Source of the DNA: Spirochaetaceae bacterium
GTDB taxonomy: Bacteria > Spirochaetota > Spirochaetia > DSM-2461
DNA length: 64,000 nt
Direction of reading: 5' to 3'
Assembly: GCA_965224705.1 (NCBI GenBank)
Contig: OZ245056.1
Coordinates: 1,984,001 to 2,048,000 of the forward strand
Shown: piece by piece, positions 19,225 to 29,801 of the stretch
How the letters are laid out: the number at the start of each line of letters is the position of its first letter
Numbering within the stretch: position 1 is the stretch's first letter
Translations under genes and position numbers: made by a program
Notes under the pieces: model-generated
The model's database searches: none
Told to the model about the DNA's origin: nothing
The model's input: only the letters and a program-made list of their open reading frames with translations

Positions 19225-20562
19225 TCAGTAATACAGGGAACTTGTTATGGTGAATTCATATTTTCGTAGATCATTCCAACTGTACTGACTCAGATCCACA
19301 CCAATCATACCACGTGCGACAAGGTTGGGAATGGCATCCAGGAAGAGGACGAAATCCAATCCAGCACTGTACCTTAAGTCATTAGCCAGGTTACCACCAT
19401 CAAAAGGTACGGTTATGCCAATATCGAAAAATGGATGTACCTGAGCATCCCAAACACCTTTTAACCGCCAGAACTGTATCCCGATGGAATTATTGAGGTA
19501 CATACCCCAGTCACCGCTCATGGCGTTGTCAGCAACACCTCGCAGGTTTTCAGCAAAGCCAGCATTCTGGCGGCTGAAAGAGACGAATGCACCGCCTCGA
19601 ATGTAGTAATTAAATATTTTCCCGAAAATTCGATAAAAGCTTCCTGTCAGCAATATACTATTTGCTACATACCATTTGTTTGTTGATGGGTCTAAAAGAG
19701 GCGTTACTGTATGGTTGAGTTCGACACTTTGTCCATATCGAAAATTATTTCTCCAATCAATGCTTCCAAGGAGAAATGAGTGATCCCAGCCGAAACCCAT
19801 ACGCTCCTCTCTATAATTCAAAGTAGAAAGGAAGTTTTTATAGGCATACTTCAAATCGAACGATATGGAGAAATCATATGTCAGCAGAGTTTCAGGAATC
19901 TCAATTGAAGAACCGACTGCGATTTCTGACCTGTAATATCCATAATGATACTCAGTGGAACTTTCTCCTGAATCAAATTGTTTTTCTTCATAGGATTGAA
20001 GAAGACTGACCGTAACAAGCAAAGATCCCAGACGAATTTTTTTCCATTGGGGATTGATATTCCATGCTCCAACGCTCCAATCACCAGTGGTTTTGTTCTG
20101 GCCAATATTTATTCCAAGTCCAAGATATAAGCTGCTCATGGTACTGAAGGCATTGTCGTAGTAGCCTTTTAAACCCAGCCTGAACCCGGTGTTTGAATCA
20201 AATTTTGGATATATAATGGGGAAAAAAGTAAAAGCATCCTTGACACTGTAGGTAATACCCCATTCCACTGTATTTTCATCCTCAGCAATAACATCCAGGC
20301 TCATTGTCACATATTTAAAGACCCGGTAATTAACAAGATCCTGCCGTTCCCGTTCTGCCGCATTCAGTAATTCTTCTCCAGAGGAAAACAGGTCATTCTC
20401 TTTGATATCTATTATTGCCCTGAGGGCAGAAAGATGGGTTTTACCATCCACATTGATAATAAGTTTCTTCACCACATGTGTCTTTTCTGGATTTTCTGAG
20501 TATGCGGGGAATGATAGAACCATTACTATGAAGCAGAAACAAAACCTTCGGAACAGAACCAT
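19225..20562 (-). CDS. Putative outer-membrane beta-barrel protein with POTRA-like domain
   Basis: Signal peptide, POTRA-like segment (VDGKTHLSAL...LVNYRVFKYV), amphipathic strands, HPFFDIG, aromatic C-terminus; start moved to 20562. Confidence 0.65.
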   Translation of the reverse strand: MVLFRRFCFCFIVMVLSFPAYSENPEKTHVVKKLIINVDGKTHLSALRAIIDIKENDLFSSGEELLNAAERERQDLVNYRVFKYVTMSLDVIAEDENTVEWGITYSVKDAFTFFPIIYPKFDSNTGFRLGLKGYYDNAFSTMSSLYLGLGINIGQNKTTGDWSVGAWNINPQWKKIRLGSLLVTVSLLQSYEEKQFDSGESSTEYHYGYYRSEIAVGSSIEIPETLLTYDFSISFDLKYAYKNFLSTLNYREERMGFGWDHSFLLGSIDWRNNFRYGQSVELNHTVTPLLDPSTNKWYVANSILLTGSFYRIFGKIFNYYIRGGAFVSFSRQNAGFAENLRGVADNAMSGDWGMYLNNSIGIQFWRLKGVWDAQVHPFFDIGITVPFDGGNLANDLRYSAGLDFVLFLDAIPNLVARGMIGVDLSQYSWNDLRKYEFTITSSLYY

Positions 20563-20567
20563 TCCAG

Positions 20568-20620
20568 GAGTCCGTCGGACTTTAGGGCTTCGAGCCGTGA
20601 GGCGGAAGTTCGACAGACTC
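20568..20620. repeat. Short (53 bp) form of MITE family B
   Basis: GAGTCCGTCGGACTT...AAGTTCGACAGACTC; flanks CCAG/CCAC. Confidence 0.85.
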
Positions 20621-20626
20621 CCACCC

Positions 20627-21787
20627 TCATGCTTCCACGGTTGGTGACAAAAAATCATTCAATCCCTTCCTCAATACTTCCAGTAATCGGGTATTATGGC
20701 TTTCTTTATCAAATTTTTCGGCATGTTTTCTGATTGAAACAGGATTCCAGCTCATTGCTTCAAATTCTTCAATAGCATTCAGCAGTGATTCAGAGTTTTG
20801 CTCCGGGAAGAATAAACCAGTTGTACCATCCACAATTGTTTCCAGTGCTCCACCGCGGCCATAGGCCAGTACGGGCCGTCCACAGGATTGGGCTTCAAGG
20901 GGAGTGATTCCAAAATCCTCCAACCCCGGAAATAGAAATGCCCGGCATTCTCTATATGCTTGAAGAATAACATCATCCGAACAAAATCCCAGGAACCGGA
21001 TTGTTGGACCGGCGATTGATTTAAGTCTGTCTATCTGGGGACCTGAACCAATGACATCCAGTCGACGATGAGTTTCCGTACATGCTTTTACGGCGATATC
21101 TATCCTCTTATAGGGCATGAGCCTCCCTACAACAAGATAGGCCTCTCCTAATTCAACACCTTTGTTTACCTTTTCATCCGAAACAGCCGGTTTGAACAAT
21201 TGAGTCTCAACGGGTGGGTGAACAACAATTGCGTTTCGTCGATAGACTTTTTTTATTCGGCGGGCAACTTCATGACTGTTACAGATAAACGTATCAACCC
21301 GGTTGGCACTGATCACATCCCAGAGTCTGATAGACGGCATTAAACACCTCATGCCAAACCGGGTAAGGAAACCCGAATGTGAGAGGTATTCCGGATACAA
21401 ATCCCAGGCATATCTCATGGGAGAATGAATGTATGAGGCATGGTATGTGGACGAACTGGTAAGAATGCCTTTGGCACATGATGACGAGCTTGATAACACA
21501 AGATCAAACTGACTGAAATCAAATTCTTCGAAAGCCCGAGGCATGAATGGCAGGAGTTTACGGTAGTAATGCGTTACCCCTGGAAGGTTTTGCAAGTGAC
21601 TTGTATGCACTTCGGTCTCCGGGAATTGAGATCCCAGTACCTTCTCATTGTAAATGAGCGTGTAAACTGGTGCACTGGGGAAAACACTCTTCCAGTTAAG
21701 AAGAACACGTTCCGCACCACCGAAAGTCACCAGCCAGTCATGAACCAAAGCTACCCGGGCATTATCAAAAGAAGTAATCACTGACAA
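20627..21787 (-). CDS. GT4-family glycosyltransferase (WbaZ-like)
   Basis: VALVHDWL..GGAERV, SPMRYAWD, EDFGITPLEAQ. Confidence 0.92.
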   Translation of the reverse strand: MSVITSFDNARVALVHDWLVTFGGAERVLLNWKSVFPSAPVYTLIYNEKVLGSQFPETEVHTSHLQNLPGVTHYYRKLLPFMPRAFEEFDFSQFDLVLSSSSSCAKGILTSSSTYHASYIHSPMRYAWDLYPEYLSHSGFLTRFGMRCLMPSIRLWDVISANRVDTFICNSHEVARRIKKVYRRNAIVVHPPVETQLFKPAVSDEKVNKGVELGEAYLVVGRLMPYKRIDIAVKACTETHRRLDVIGSGPQIDRLKSIAGPTIRFLGFCSDDVILQAYRECRAFLFPGLEDFGITPLEAQSCGRPVLAYGRGGALETIVDGTTGLFFPEQNSESLLNAIEEFEAMSWNPVSIRKHAEKFDKESHNTRLLEVLRKGLNDFLSPTVEA

Positions 21788-21819
21788 TCATAATGAACCA
21801 TTGTACAGTTTTAGCCAAG

Positions 21820-21977
21820 GAGTCTGTCGGACTTTAAGACTTCGAGGCGATTTCTGATGATTTTTTCTGATACAAGGCGGCAAAAGCGGAGCTAGCTGGG
21901 CTGCGTGGGCATTTCGGCAACGCGGCAGCGGGAAAAAGCGCAAAAATCGAGCTGTGAGGCGTTAGTTCGACAGGCTC
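21820..21977 (-). mobile_element. MITE family B, full-length diverged copy
   Basis: Reverse-complement homolog of 41299-41459; flanks CAAG/CAGG. Confidence 0.88.
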
Positions 21978-21986
21978 CAGGGACTA

Positions 21987-23372
21987 TTAATAGGCATTCT
22001 CATTGACAAACCCTTTCAACACTGTAAGAAATAGAATTTTTACATCCAGCAGTAAAGACCAGTTTCGAATGTAGTAAAGATCGAATTCTATTCGGCTGGC
22101 CAGACTTGTATCTCCACGCCAGCCATTTACCTGTGCCCAGCCTGTAATCCCGCTTTTCATTCGGTGTCTCAACATATAAGACGGAATTTCATACTTGAAC
22201 GTTTCAATCAATTCAGGACGCTCAGGTCGAGGTCCCACAAGACTCATTTCACCTTTCAGCACATTCCACAGTTGAGGAAATTCATCAATACTGGTTTTTC
22301 GGAGAAATCGACCTATCGGAGTACATCGATCATCGTTCTTTTTTGCCCATTGAGCACCATTCTTCTCAGCATCCGGATACATGGATCGAAATTTGAACAT
22401 CATGAACTCCTCACCGCCCTGAGACATTCTCTTCTGGCCATACAGCACGGGGCCCCTGGAGGTGAGCTTTACCAAGAGAGCAATAATACAAAAGAATGGG
22501 AACAGAGTAATAATGCCCAACAGCGAAAGAACAACATCGATCAGTCTTTTTACAAATGACTGGAGTAAAGTCAACCTGGCTGAATTAATGGCAATCATGG
22601 GAACCGCATGAAACTCTTCAATGGCGTAACCTATAAACGCATTCTCAATATCAGGGATTACAAGGGTCTGAATTGATGTTTTATTCAATATGTTAAGGGT
22701 TTCATCAAGATAGGCATGATCACTTGTACTGTATCCGATTATGACGGCATCAGGTTCATCCTGACCTTCAAGAGATATTTCTTCCATCGATTTAACGGGG
22801 ATACCGTGCTGCTTTGCGCATTCTTCCGCGCCAATCCAACCTGTGAAACGAACACCTTTTTCCGGATGCTTGACTAAAAGATCCACATAGTGCTCCAGTG
22901 ATGAACCACGGCCTATAATGAGTACATGCCGAAGACTTTTCCCCATTAACCTTGATTTTCTTAGCAGAGACCTGATAATTCCTCTCACGATAAGAGCTAT
23001 AATGATTCCAATCCCGATATATAACCCTATCGTAATACGGGAAAGTCGATTCGGTTTGATGAAGTAGAGAATTATTATGAAGGTTGCAATTGACTGAAGC
23101 TGTGATTTTACAACAAGAAGAAATTCTTTGTACCATGAATAATACTGATTGGATTTATACAGGTGGTTGGCAGTAGAGAAGAGGACAACAAGAGCTGCCA
23201 GTACAAATGAGTAGTAGAGAAAATTGTCGAATAAGCCGGTCTGATGATTATCCATCAATTCAAACCGTATGAAGTAGGCAATTTCCCAGGCTGTAATCGT
23301 CACAACAATATCTGTAATCATCAGGACTACTAAAAGTGTTTTTGCCAATTTCTTATTGCTCATATTTCTCAC
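21987..23372 (-). CDS. Undecaprenyl-phosphate glycosyl-1-phosphate transferase (WcaJ-like)
   Basis: N-terminal TM helices, KFRSM, DEFPQLWNVLKGEMSLVGPRPE, GITGWAQVNG. Confidence 0.93.
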   Translation of the reverse strand: MRNMSNKKLAKTLLVVLMITDIVVTITAWEIAYFIRFELMDNHQTGLFDNFLYYSFVLAALVVLFSTANHLYKSNQYYSWYKEFLLVVKSQLQSIATFIIILYFIKPNRLSRITIGLYIGIGIIIALIVRGIIRSLLRKSRLMGKSLRHVLIIGRGSSLEHYVDLLVKHPEKGVRFTGWIGAEECAKQHGIPVKSMEEISLEGQDEPDAVIIGYSTSDHAYLDETLNILNKTSIQTLVIPDIENAFIGYAIEEFHAVPMIAINSARLTLLQSFVKRLIDVVLSLLGIITLFPFFCIIALLVKLTSRGPVLYGQKRMSQGGEEFMMFKFRSMYPDAEKNGAQWAKKNDDRCTPIGRFLRKTSIDEFPQLWNVLKGEMSLVGPRPERPELIETFKYEIPSYMLRHRMKSGITGWAQVNGWRGDTSLASRIEFDLYYIRNWSLLLDVKILFLTVLKGFVNENAY

Positions 23373-23491
23373 CTCAACATCTTACTCCGATACAATACTA
23401 CAATACAGTATTTTCAGAATACTATATAGAGTGAAGATCGTCTGGCAGAGAGCATACTCTCTGGACATATTTCCATGCTACTCAGTATAGT

Positions 23492-24547
23492 GTGCTGATT
23501 ATGGTTGAAATCGCCTGTTTTGAATACAACAATGGTTTTTCCCGCATACTGCTGACAGGAAGGGAAGAACTGCTGCTGAAAAACTCAGCTCTGACTGTTT
23601 TTGATGGTAATACATCTCTCCTGTTTACAAACCGGAATCCTGAATTCTCCCTGGTTCTGCCTCCAGGAGAAGCGGCAAAAAGCTGGAGTTCTGTAGACAG
23701 AATTCTTAAAAGGGCACTTGCAGTATCCCTTGGCCGAGATAGTCTCATAACGGCTGTCGGCGGTGGGGTTGTTACCGATGTTGCAGCTTTTGCGGCATCG
23801 ATTTACATGAGAGGCTGTCGGCTGTTGCTGATTCCCACCTCCCTGCTTGCCATGGTTGATGCTGCTATCGGAGGCAAGACAGGAATCGATTTCGGGGGTG
23901 CAAAGAATCTGGTTGGCACCTTCTATCCTGCTCATGAAGTATATATATGTCCTGAACTATTGCAGACACTTCCAGATGGCGAGTACAGGGCGGGACTTGC
24001 GGAAGTGATTAAACATGCCATGCTTGATCCAGGAGAACATGATGGACTCTGGGACATTCTGGTAAGCAGGCGTAATGACATACTGACCCGGCAGGATTCT
24101 GTTGTGAACGAAATGATACTCAAAGCTGTCAAAGTGAAAGTCGGGATAGTAGCTTCTGACTTGCAGGATGAAGGTCAAAGAGCCTTTTTGAATCTTGGCC
24201 ATACTTTTGCCCACGCAATGGAATCAGCCACCGATTTCTGCCGTTTCAGTCATGGAGAGGCCGTTGCCTGGGGTATTCTCAAGGCCCTGGAGCTTGGAGA
24301 AAGGCTGTCCATTACCGATAAGAACTGGGCTGCTGAATGCAGGCGGCTGATTGTTGATTACAATTTTGATGACCTGACACATCAGGTAATGATGGAAGAT
24401 CTGAAAGCCGCCATGGTTCATGATAAGAAAAAGAAAGATGGGCAGCTTCAGTTCATCCTGATGGAAGGACCGGGAAAACCAGTTCTCCAGAAGGTTCCTG
24501 AAAAAGACCTTGATGCCGTCCTTGGAATTCAGAAATCATCCGGTTAA
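23492..24547 (+). CDS. aroB: 3-dehydroquinate synthase
   Basis: [32 protein letters not shown]. Confidence 0.95.
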   Translation: MLIMVEIACFEYNNGFSRILLTGREELLLKNSALTVFDGNTSLLFTNRNPEFSLVLPPGEAAKSWSSVDRILKRALAVSLGRDSLITAVGGGVVTDVAAFAASIYMRGCRLLLIPTSLLAMVDAAIGGKTGIDFGGAKNLVGTFYPAHEVYICPELLQTLPDGEYRAGLAEVIKHAMLDPGEHDGLWDILVSRRNDILTRQDSVVNEMILKAVKVKVGIVASDLQDEGQRAFLNLGHTFAHAMESATDFCRFSHGEAVAWGILKALELGERLSITDKNWAAECRRLIVDYNFDDLTHQVMMEDLKAAMVHDKKKKDGQLQFILMEGPGKPVLQKVPEKDLDAVLGIQKSSG

Positions 24548-24564
24548 ATATAAAAGGAGACCAT

Positions 24565-26793
24565 ATGCAACCAGGAATCATTTACACGTACACAGATGAA
24601 GCCCCTATGCTGGCCACCCATTCCTTCCTTCCCATCATAAAATCTTTCGGCAGGGTGACTGGAGTATCCATTGAAACCAGGGACATCTCCCTGGCCGGCC
24701 GTATTCTGGCACTTTTCCCAGACTATTTGAATGATGACCAGAAAACCAGTGATGCACTGAAAGAATTGGGCGAATTAGTTAAGAAACCGGATGCCAATGT
24801 GATTAAACTCCCGAACATATCGGCCTCCATCCCTCAAATACAGGCCGCCATAAAAGAATTGCAGGATAAGGGATATGCTGTTCCAGACTACCCTGAGAAT
24901 ATCCTGAACGATGAGAGCAGAGAAGTAAAGACCCGCTACGATAGGATAAAAGGAAGTGCTGTGAATCCCGTCCTCCGTGAGGGAAATTCAGACCGCCGGT
25001 CACCATCAGCCGTTAAGGAATATGCAAAGGCCAATCCCCACTTCATGGGAAAATGGAATCCAGATTCCCTCACTCATGTTGCCAGTATGAAAAAGGGAGA
25101 TTTCTTTGGAAGCGAAAAATCCCTTCGTATCGAGAAGGAGACCAGTTTCCGGATTGAATACACGGATGATAGCGGCAGGAAGACCATACTTCGTGAAAAT
25201 GCACCCCTTGAGCAGAATGAAATCCTGGATGCAGCCGTGATGAGCTGCCGTGAGCTTCGGGCATTCCTCAAAAGCCAAATGGACGATGCCAAAAAGAAGA
25301 AGGTCCTCTTCTCCCTCCATTTGAAGGCAACCATGATGAAGGTTTCCGATCCTGTGATTTTTGGTCATGCCGTTTCAGTTTTTTTCCAGAAAGTCTTCAC
25401 AAAACATAGCAAGCTATTTTCCTCTCTTGATATTGAACCAGACCATGGATTGCAGGATTTGGAGACCAAAATTGCCGGTTTGACTCCCGGTGAACAATCC
25501 TCTGTGAAGGCCGATATGGCCGAATGTATGGAATCAGGTCCGAAACTGGCCATGGTGAACTCGGACAGGGGAATTACCAATCTCCATGTTCCCAGCGACA
25601 TCATAATCGATGCATCCATGCCGGCTGCAATCAGGAATGGGGGAACAATGTGGGGGCCGGATGGTCAGGAAAAAGACATGAAGGCTGTTATTCCCGACCG
25701 AAGCTACGCAGGTGTTTACCAGGCTGCTATAGATTTTTGCAAGGAACATGGTGCATTCAATCCCGCAACTATGGGCAGTGTATCCAATGTTGGTCTGATG
25801 GCCCAGAAGGCCGAAGAATATGGCTCCCATGATAAAACCTTCATCGCCGAAGGCCATGGTACAATCAAAGCCATTGATAGAGACGGTCATGTCCTTCTGG
25901 AGCAAAAAGTTGAAAAAGGTGATATTTTCCGTATGTGCCAGGTGAAGAATGCCCCGATACAGAACTGGGTAAAACTAGCTGTCAGCCGGGCCAGAGCCAT
26001 AGATGTGCCAGCCGTGTTCTGGCTGGATGAGAACCGCCCGCACGATGCCATATTGATAGAAAGAGTGAAGAGCTTTCTTACAGACCTCGATACAGACAAA
26101 CTTGAAATCATCATCATGCCTCCTGCCGAAGCCTGCCGATACACTCTGGAACGTACCAGAGCCGGCCAGGATACAATTTCCGTAACCGGTAATGTTCTCC
26201 GTGACTATCTCACCGATCTGTTTCCCATACTGGAACTGGGGACAAGTGCAAAAATGCTTTCCATCATACCATTGATGAAGGGCGGCGGTCTTTTTGAAAC
26301 AGGTGCCGGCGGTTCCGCTCCGAAACATGTTCAGCAGCTTCTGGAGGAAAACCATTTACGGTGGGATTCTCTGGGGGAATTTCTGGCTCTGGCTGTTTCA
26401 TACGAGCATCTGGCCGATGTTTTCAGAAATAAAAGGGCTGCCCTGTTGGGAAAAACTCTGAATGAAGCCACCGGCATGCTTCTGAACAACCGGAAATCTC
26501 CTTCCCGGAAATGCGGGGAACTTGATAACCGGGGCAGTCACTTTTACCTGGCCATGTACTGGACTCAAAGACTGGCCAGCCAGGATGAGGATGACGAGCT
26601 GAGAAGGATTTTTGCTGAACCGGCCAGGGCTCTGGCCGACAGTGAAGAGGCAATTATAGCCGAACTCAATGCCGTTCAGGGGAAACCTGTTGACATCGGC
26701 GGTTATTATAAACCGGACAGGACAAAAGCCGATTCTGTGATGAGACCCTGCTCCATGTTCAACCGGATTATCGATTCCATGGGTAATATCTAG
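24565..26793 (+). CDS. icd: Monomeric NADP-dependent isocitrate dehydrogenase
   Basis: [41 protein letters not shown]; 742 aa. Confidence 0.97.
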   Translation: MQPGIIYTYTDEAPMLATHSFLPIIKSFGRVTGVSIETRDISLAGRILALFPDYLNDDQKTSDALKELGELVKKPDANVIKLPNISASIPQIQAAIKELQDKGYAVPDYPENILNDESREVKTRYDRIKGSAVNPVLREGNSDRRSPSAVKEYAKANPHFMGKWNPDSLTHVASMKKGDFFGSEKSLRIEKETSFRIEYTDDSGRKTILRENAPLEQNEILDAAVMSCRELRAFLKSQMDDAKKKKVLFSLHLKATMMKVSDPVIFGHAVSVFFQKVFTKHSKLFSSLDIEPDHGLQDLETKIAGLTPGEQSSVKADMAECMESGPKLAMVNSDRGITNLHVPSDIIIDASMPAAIRNGGTMWGPDGQEKDMKAVIPDRSYAGVYQAAIDFCKEHGAFNPATMGSVSNVGLMAQKAEEYGSHDKTFIAEGHGTIKAIDRDGHVLLEQKVEKGDIFRMCQVKNAPIQNWVKLAVSRARAIDVPAVFWLDENRPHDAILIERVKSFLTDLDTDKLEIIIMPPAEACRYTLERTRAGQDTISVTGNVLRDYLTDLFPILELGTSAKMLSIIPLMKGGGLFETGAGGSAPKHVQQLLEENHLRWDSLGEFLALAVSYEHLADVFRNKRAALLGKTLNEATGMLLNNRKSPSRKCGELDNRGSHFYLAMYWTQRLASQDEDDELRRIFAEPARALADSEEAIIAELNAVQGKPVDIGGYYKPDRTKADSVMRPCSMFNRIIDSMGNI

Positions 26794-26894
26794 TCCGTAT
26801 TTCTCCCATTCGGGATTTACATGGTAATTTCCTTGAAGAAGAACAAAGAAAATGCAGGCAAGGGTCGAAAACCCCAGCCAGAGTTGATCTGAAC

Positions 26895-27512
26895 TTATCG
26901 GCTCACAAATCTGTTTCCCCTTACATACCACCTCCACAAAGTATCACTGCCCTTCCCTGGAGTTATCCCTGTCCGAGGGCTGCACCCTATCTGTTCCGAT
27001 GCAGCAGGAAACCCATGCAGTATGGAGATTTTCCCGAAACCAATACGGATACCATTGCACTCCTCAACCGTGATACCAAAGGCTGATGTGAGTTTTCCAG
27101 GGCCATCCGTCAGTTTTCTGTAAGCCATACTTTCTACTTCAACTTCAGGGGGTATTTCCACACCATACCGGTTCAGCCACATCTTTCTTACACCACCAAG
27201 GGGTTGGCAGGCTCGAATTAAAACAGCCTGGCCATTGGTCATACTGCCAGTCACCACATTGAAACAGAGGTGGATGCCATAGATTCGATACACATAGGTA
27301 TAGCCGCCTGGAAGGAACATCGGCGAGTTTCTTCTGGTTTTACCCCGGAAAGAATGAGATGCCGGATCATCTTCATGATAGGCTTCAGTTTCAACGATTA
27401 TCCCTTTTATAGAACCGTAGACCAGTATCCTGCCCAGTAAATCCGGTGCCACATCATAGGCCTCACGAGTAAAAAAGAAATCATCCAGCAAAGAATTTTC
27501 AGGGGCTTTCAT
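26895..27512 (-). CDS. DNA-3-methyladenine glycosylase (MPG/AAG type)
   Basis: IVETEAY, YVYRIYGIHLCFNVV, AVLIRA, GPGKL. Confidence 0.93.
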   Translation of the reverse strand: MKAPENSLLDDFFFTREAYDVAPDLLGRILVYGSIKGIIVETEAYHEDDPASHSFRGKTRRNSPMFLPGGYTYVYRIYGIHLCFNVVTGSMTNGQAVLIRACQPLGGVRKMWLNRYGVEIPPEVEVESMAYRKLTDGPGKLTSAFGITVEECNGIRIGFGKISILHGFPAASEQIGCSPRTGITPGKGSDTLWRWYVRGNRFVSR

Positions 27513-28840
27513 TAAACCAGAAGTAAACGGGTTACTTCGAAATACACGGTTAAACCAGCCACATCGATAAGAGTGGACATGAGAGGTCCGGCTGCTACAG
27601 CGGGATCTCCCCCAACCCTGTCAATCAGAAAAGGCATAAGACAGCCAAGCAATGTGGCAAAGAGCACAACCGCTGAGAGGGATGCAGCGACGGCGAAGGC
27701 CTCTGTAAGTTCTACCCCAGGCGGCAGAAGGAAACTCCGCAGAAAAATCACCAGGCCAGTCGCTGCAGCAATGGCTGTGCCGGTAGCCAGTTCCTTGAGG
27801 AATGCTTTACCAACAAGGTTAAGATGAAGATGCCCGGTGGCAAGACCTCGAATGATGAGGGTGGAAGATTGAGTCCCGGAATTTCCTCCAGTTTGAATGA
27901 TGACCGGTATGAAAAGGGCAAGAAATGCGAACTGCTTTATCAGTTCTTCATATCCGGCCAGAACATTGGTGGTGATGGTTCCTGCGAGAAGGAGAATGAT
28001 CAGCCATGGCAGACGCCGCCATATTAAATGCGGCACAGAGGATTCCAGATATTCCCTGGGTTCCCCGCCAATGGCACTCATCCTGTAAACATCCTCACTC
28101 TGCTCCTCACGGATAACATCAATCATATCATCGAATGTGACTATGCCCAGAAGCCTGTTCCACCGATCAACAACGGGAAGGGACAGGAAATCATGACTTT
28201 CCAGAACTCTGGCCGTTTCTTCCTGATCGGTGTCCTCTCGAACACTGATCACACTGCACTGCATGATTTCAGCAATTCTCTTATTGTCCGAGGCCATCAG
28301 GATTTCCCTCAACGAAACAACACCATTCAAGCGCTGAAGATCATCAACAACGTAAACATCATAGATAGTTTCAAGGTTTTCAGGAGCCCTTCTCAGAAAG
28401 GCAATGGCCTGACTCACCGTGATTTCGCTGCGGATAGCAGCATACTTGGTTGTCATTAAGCCGGCCGCATCGTTATCATCGAATCTCAGCAAAAACTCAA
28501 CTTCCCTGCGGGCCTCTTCATTCAAGTGACCCAGGACATCCGATCGCACTTCCGGCGGAACGGTTTGTACAAGGTCAACAAGATCGTCTGGATCCATCAC
28601 TTCAAGAAGATCTCTTGTAGTCTGTTCTGAGAGGACGGTGAGCAGGTTACGCTGATCAACCGCCTGCAATTCACCGATCAACTCACCCCGGGTTTCCTGA
28701 TTCAGGGCAAGGAAGATTCTGATTCCATCTTCTTCCGAGAGTTCATACCAGCGAGCCGATAGATCGGTCACAGTGTATTCTTTCACCAACTCACGAAGCT
28801 CGTCGGGATGACAGTTGAGCAGGGTTGCCCATGTATCCAT
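27512..28840 (-). CDS. mgtE: Magnesium transporter MgtE
   Basis: CBS pair, RLPWL, GGNSGTQS, DPAVAAGP. Confidence 0.95.
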   Translation of the reverse strand: MDTWATLLNCHPDELRELVKEYTVTDLSARWYELSEEDGIRIFLALNQETRGELIGELQAVDQRNLLTVLSEQTTRDLLEVMDPDDLVDLVQTVPPEVRSDVLGHLNEEARREVEFLLRFDDNDAAGLMTTKYAAIRSEITVSQAIAFLRRAPENLETIYDVYVVDDLQRLNGVVSLREILMASDNKRIAEIMQCSVISVREDTDQEETARVLESHDFLSLPVVDRWNRLLGIVTFDDMIDVIREEQSEDVYRMSAIGGEPREYLESSVPHLIWRRLPWLIILLLAGTITTNVLAGYEELIKQFAFLALFIPVIIQTGGNSGTQSSTLIIRGLATGHLHLNLVGKAFLKELATGTAIAAATGLVIFLRSFLLPPGVELTEAFAVAASLSAVVLFATLLGCLMPFLIDRVGGDPAVAAGPLMSTLIDVAGLTVYFEVTRLLLV

Positions 28841-29763
28841 CAGTTCATTCCTGCATAGAGAATCTCAGCTTCCAGACGGAAACCAGTTCGGGATTCCACT
28901 TCTCTGGCGACCTCATCAATAAGACGCCGAAACTCCATGGCTGTTGCCCCTCCAAGGTTTACAAAGATATTCGCATGCCATGCCGACACGGCCGCTCGGC
29001 CGATTGTAAACCCTTTGAGGCCGCACCTTTCAATTATTTTTCCTGCAGGAGAACCAAAAGCCCTGTTGTTCTTAAATGCACTGCCGGCACAGGGAGCCCT
29101 GTAATGTCCCTTATCCTTCCTGTCGAAGTAGTGATCCAGCATCTTTTTTCTAAGACTGGTGGCACTACCCGGAGATACTTTGAACCCGCCTCGTAGAATG
29201 ACATCCTGACCAGCTTGAAAAGGTGAGACTTTGTAACTCCACTGCGATGAGTGAAACGGTATACGGCGGATCTGACCATCCGGTTTCATCACATCAACCC
29301 ACTCCAGGACATCAGCAATTTCAGCATCGTAGCACCGGGCATTCATCCAGAGTGCACCCCCAATAGAACCAGGCATGCCGAAAAGGAAATCCAGACCTTC
29401 CCAGGCATTGGAACCCGTCGTCCATGCCGCTGTAGAAACATTCATTCCAGCCCCAATTACAAGAACATCATTCTCAAATGAATACTCATTGAAACTCCCG
29501 GTATCGATTACCAGATCCCGAATACCGCCATCAGCAACCAGGATATTGGAACCACCGCCCAGAACAAAGTAATCCAGTTTTTCACTTGCACATACGGCGA
29601 GAAGAGTACGGAGATCATGCTCATCACCTGGTACAGCATACATGTCTGCACACCCGCCAATGAGCAGTGTAGAATGACGCCAGAGAGGTTCCTGTGGAAG
29701 TATTATCCCAGAAATGTTGAATTCTTCCAGTAAATTTGTTATTTTCCTCTGCACAAGCATCAT
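28840..29763 (-). CDS. murB: UDP-N-acetylenolpyruvoylglucosamine reductase
   Basis: LGGGSNILV, PGSIGGALWMNA, AGSAFKN, HANIFVN. Confidence 0.95.
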   Translation of the reverse strand: MMLVQRKITNLLEEFNISGIILPQEPLWRHSTLLIGGCADMYAVPGDEHDLRTLLAVCASEKLDYFVLGGGSNILVADGGIRDLVIDTGSFNEYSFENDVLVIGAGMNVSTAAWTTGSNAWEGLDFLFGMPGSIGGALWMNARCYDAEIADVLEWVDVMKPDGQIRRIPFHSSQWSYKVSPFQAGQDVILRGGFKVSPGSATSLRKKMLDHYFDRKDKGHYRAPCAGSAFKNNRAFGSPAGKIIERCGLKGFTIGRAAVSAWHANIFVNLGGATAMEFRRLIDEVAREVESRTGFRLEAEILYAGMN

Positions 29764-29801
29764 CTTATTCCTGGCGGGGAGTAACCGCAACCGGAGTCGA
29801 T

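Noticed and set aside
20563..20658. N-terminal extension of the 477-aa ORF
   Set aside because: It is read-through across the 53 bp repeat; the signal peptide begins at 20562
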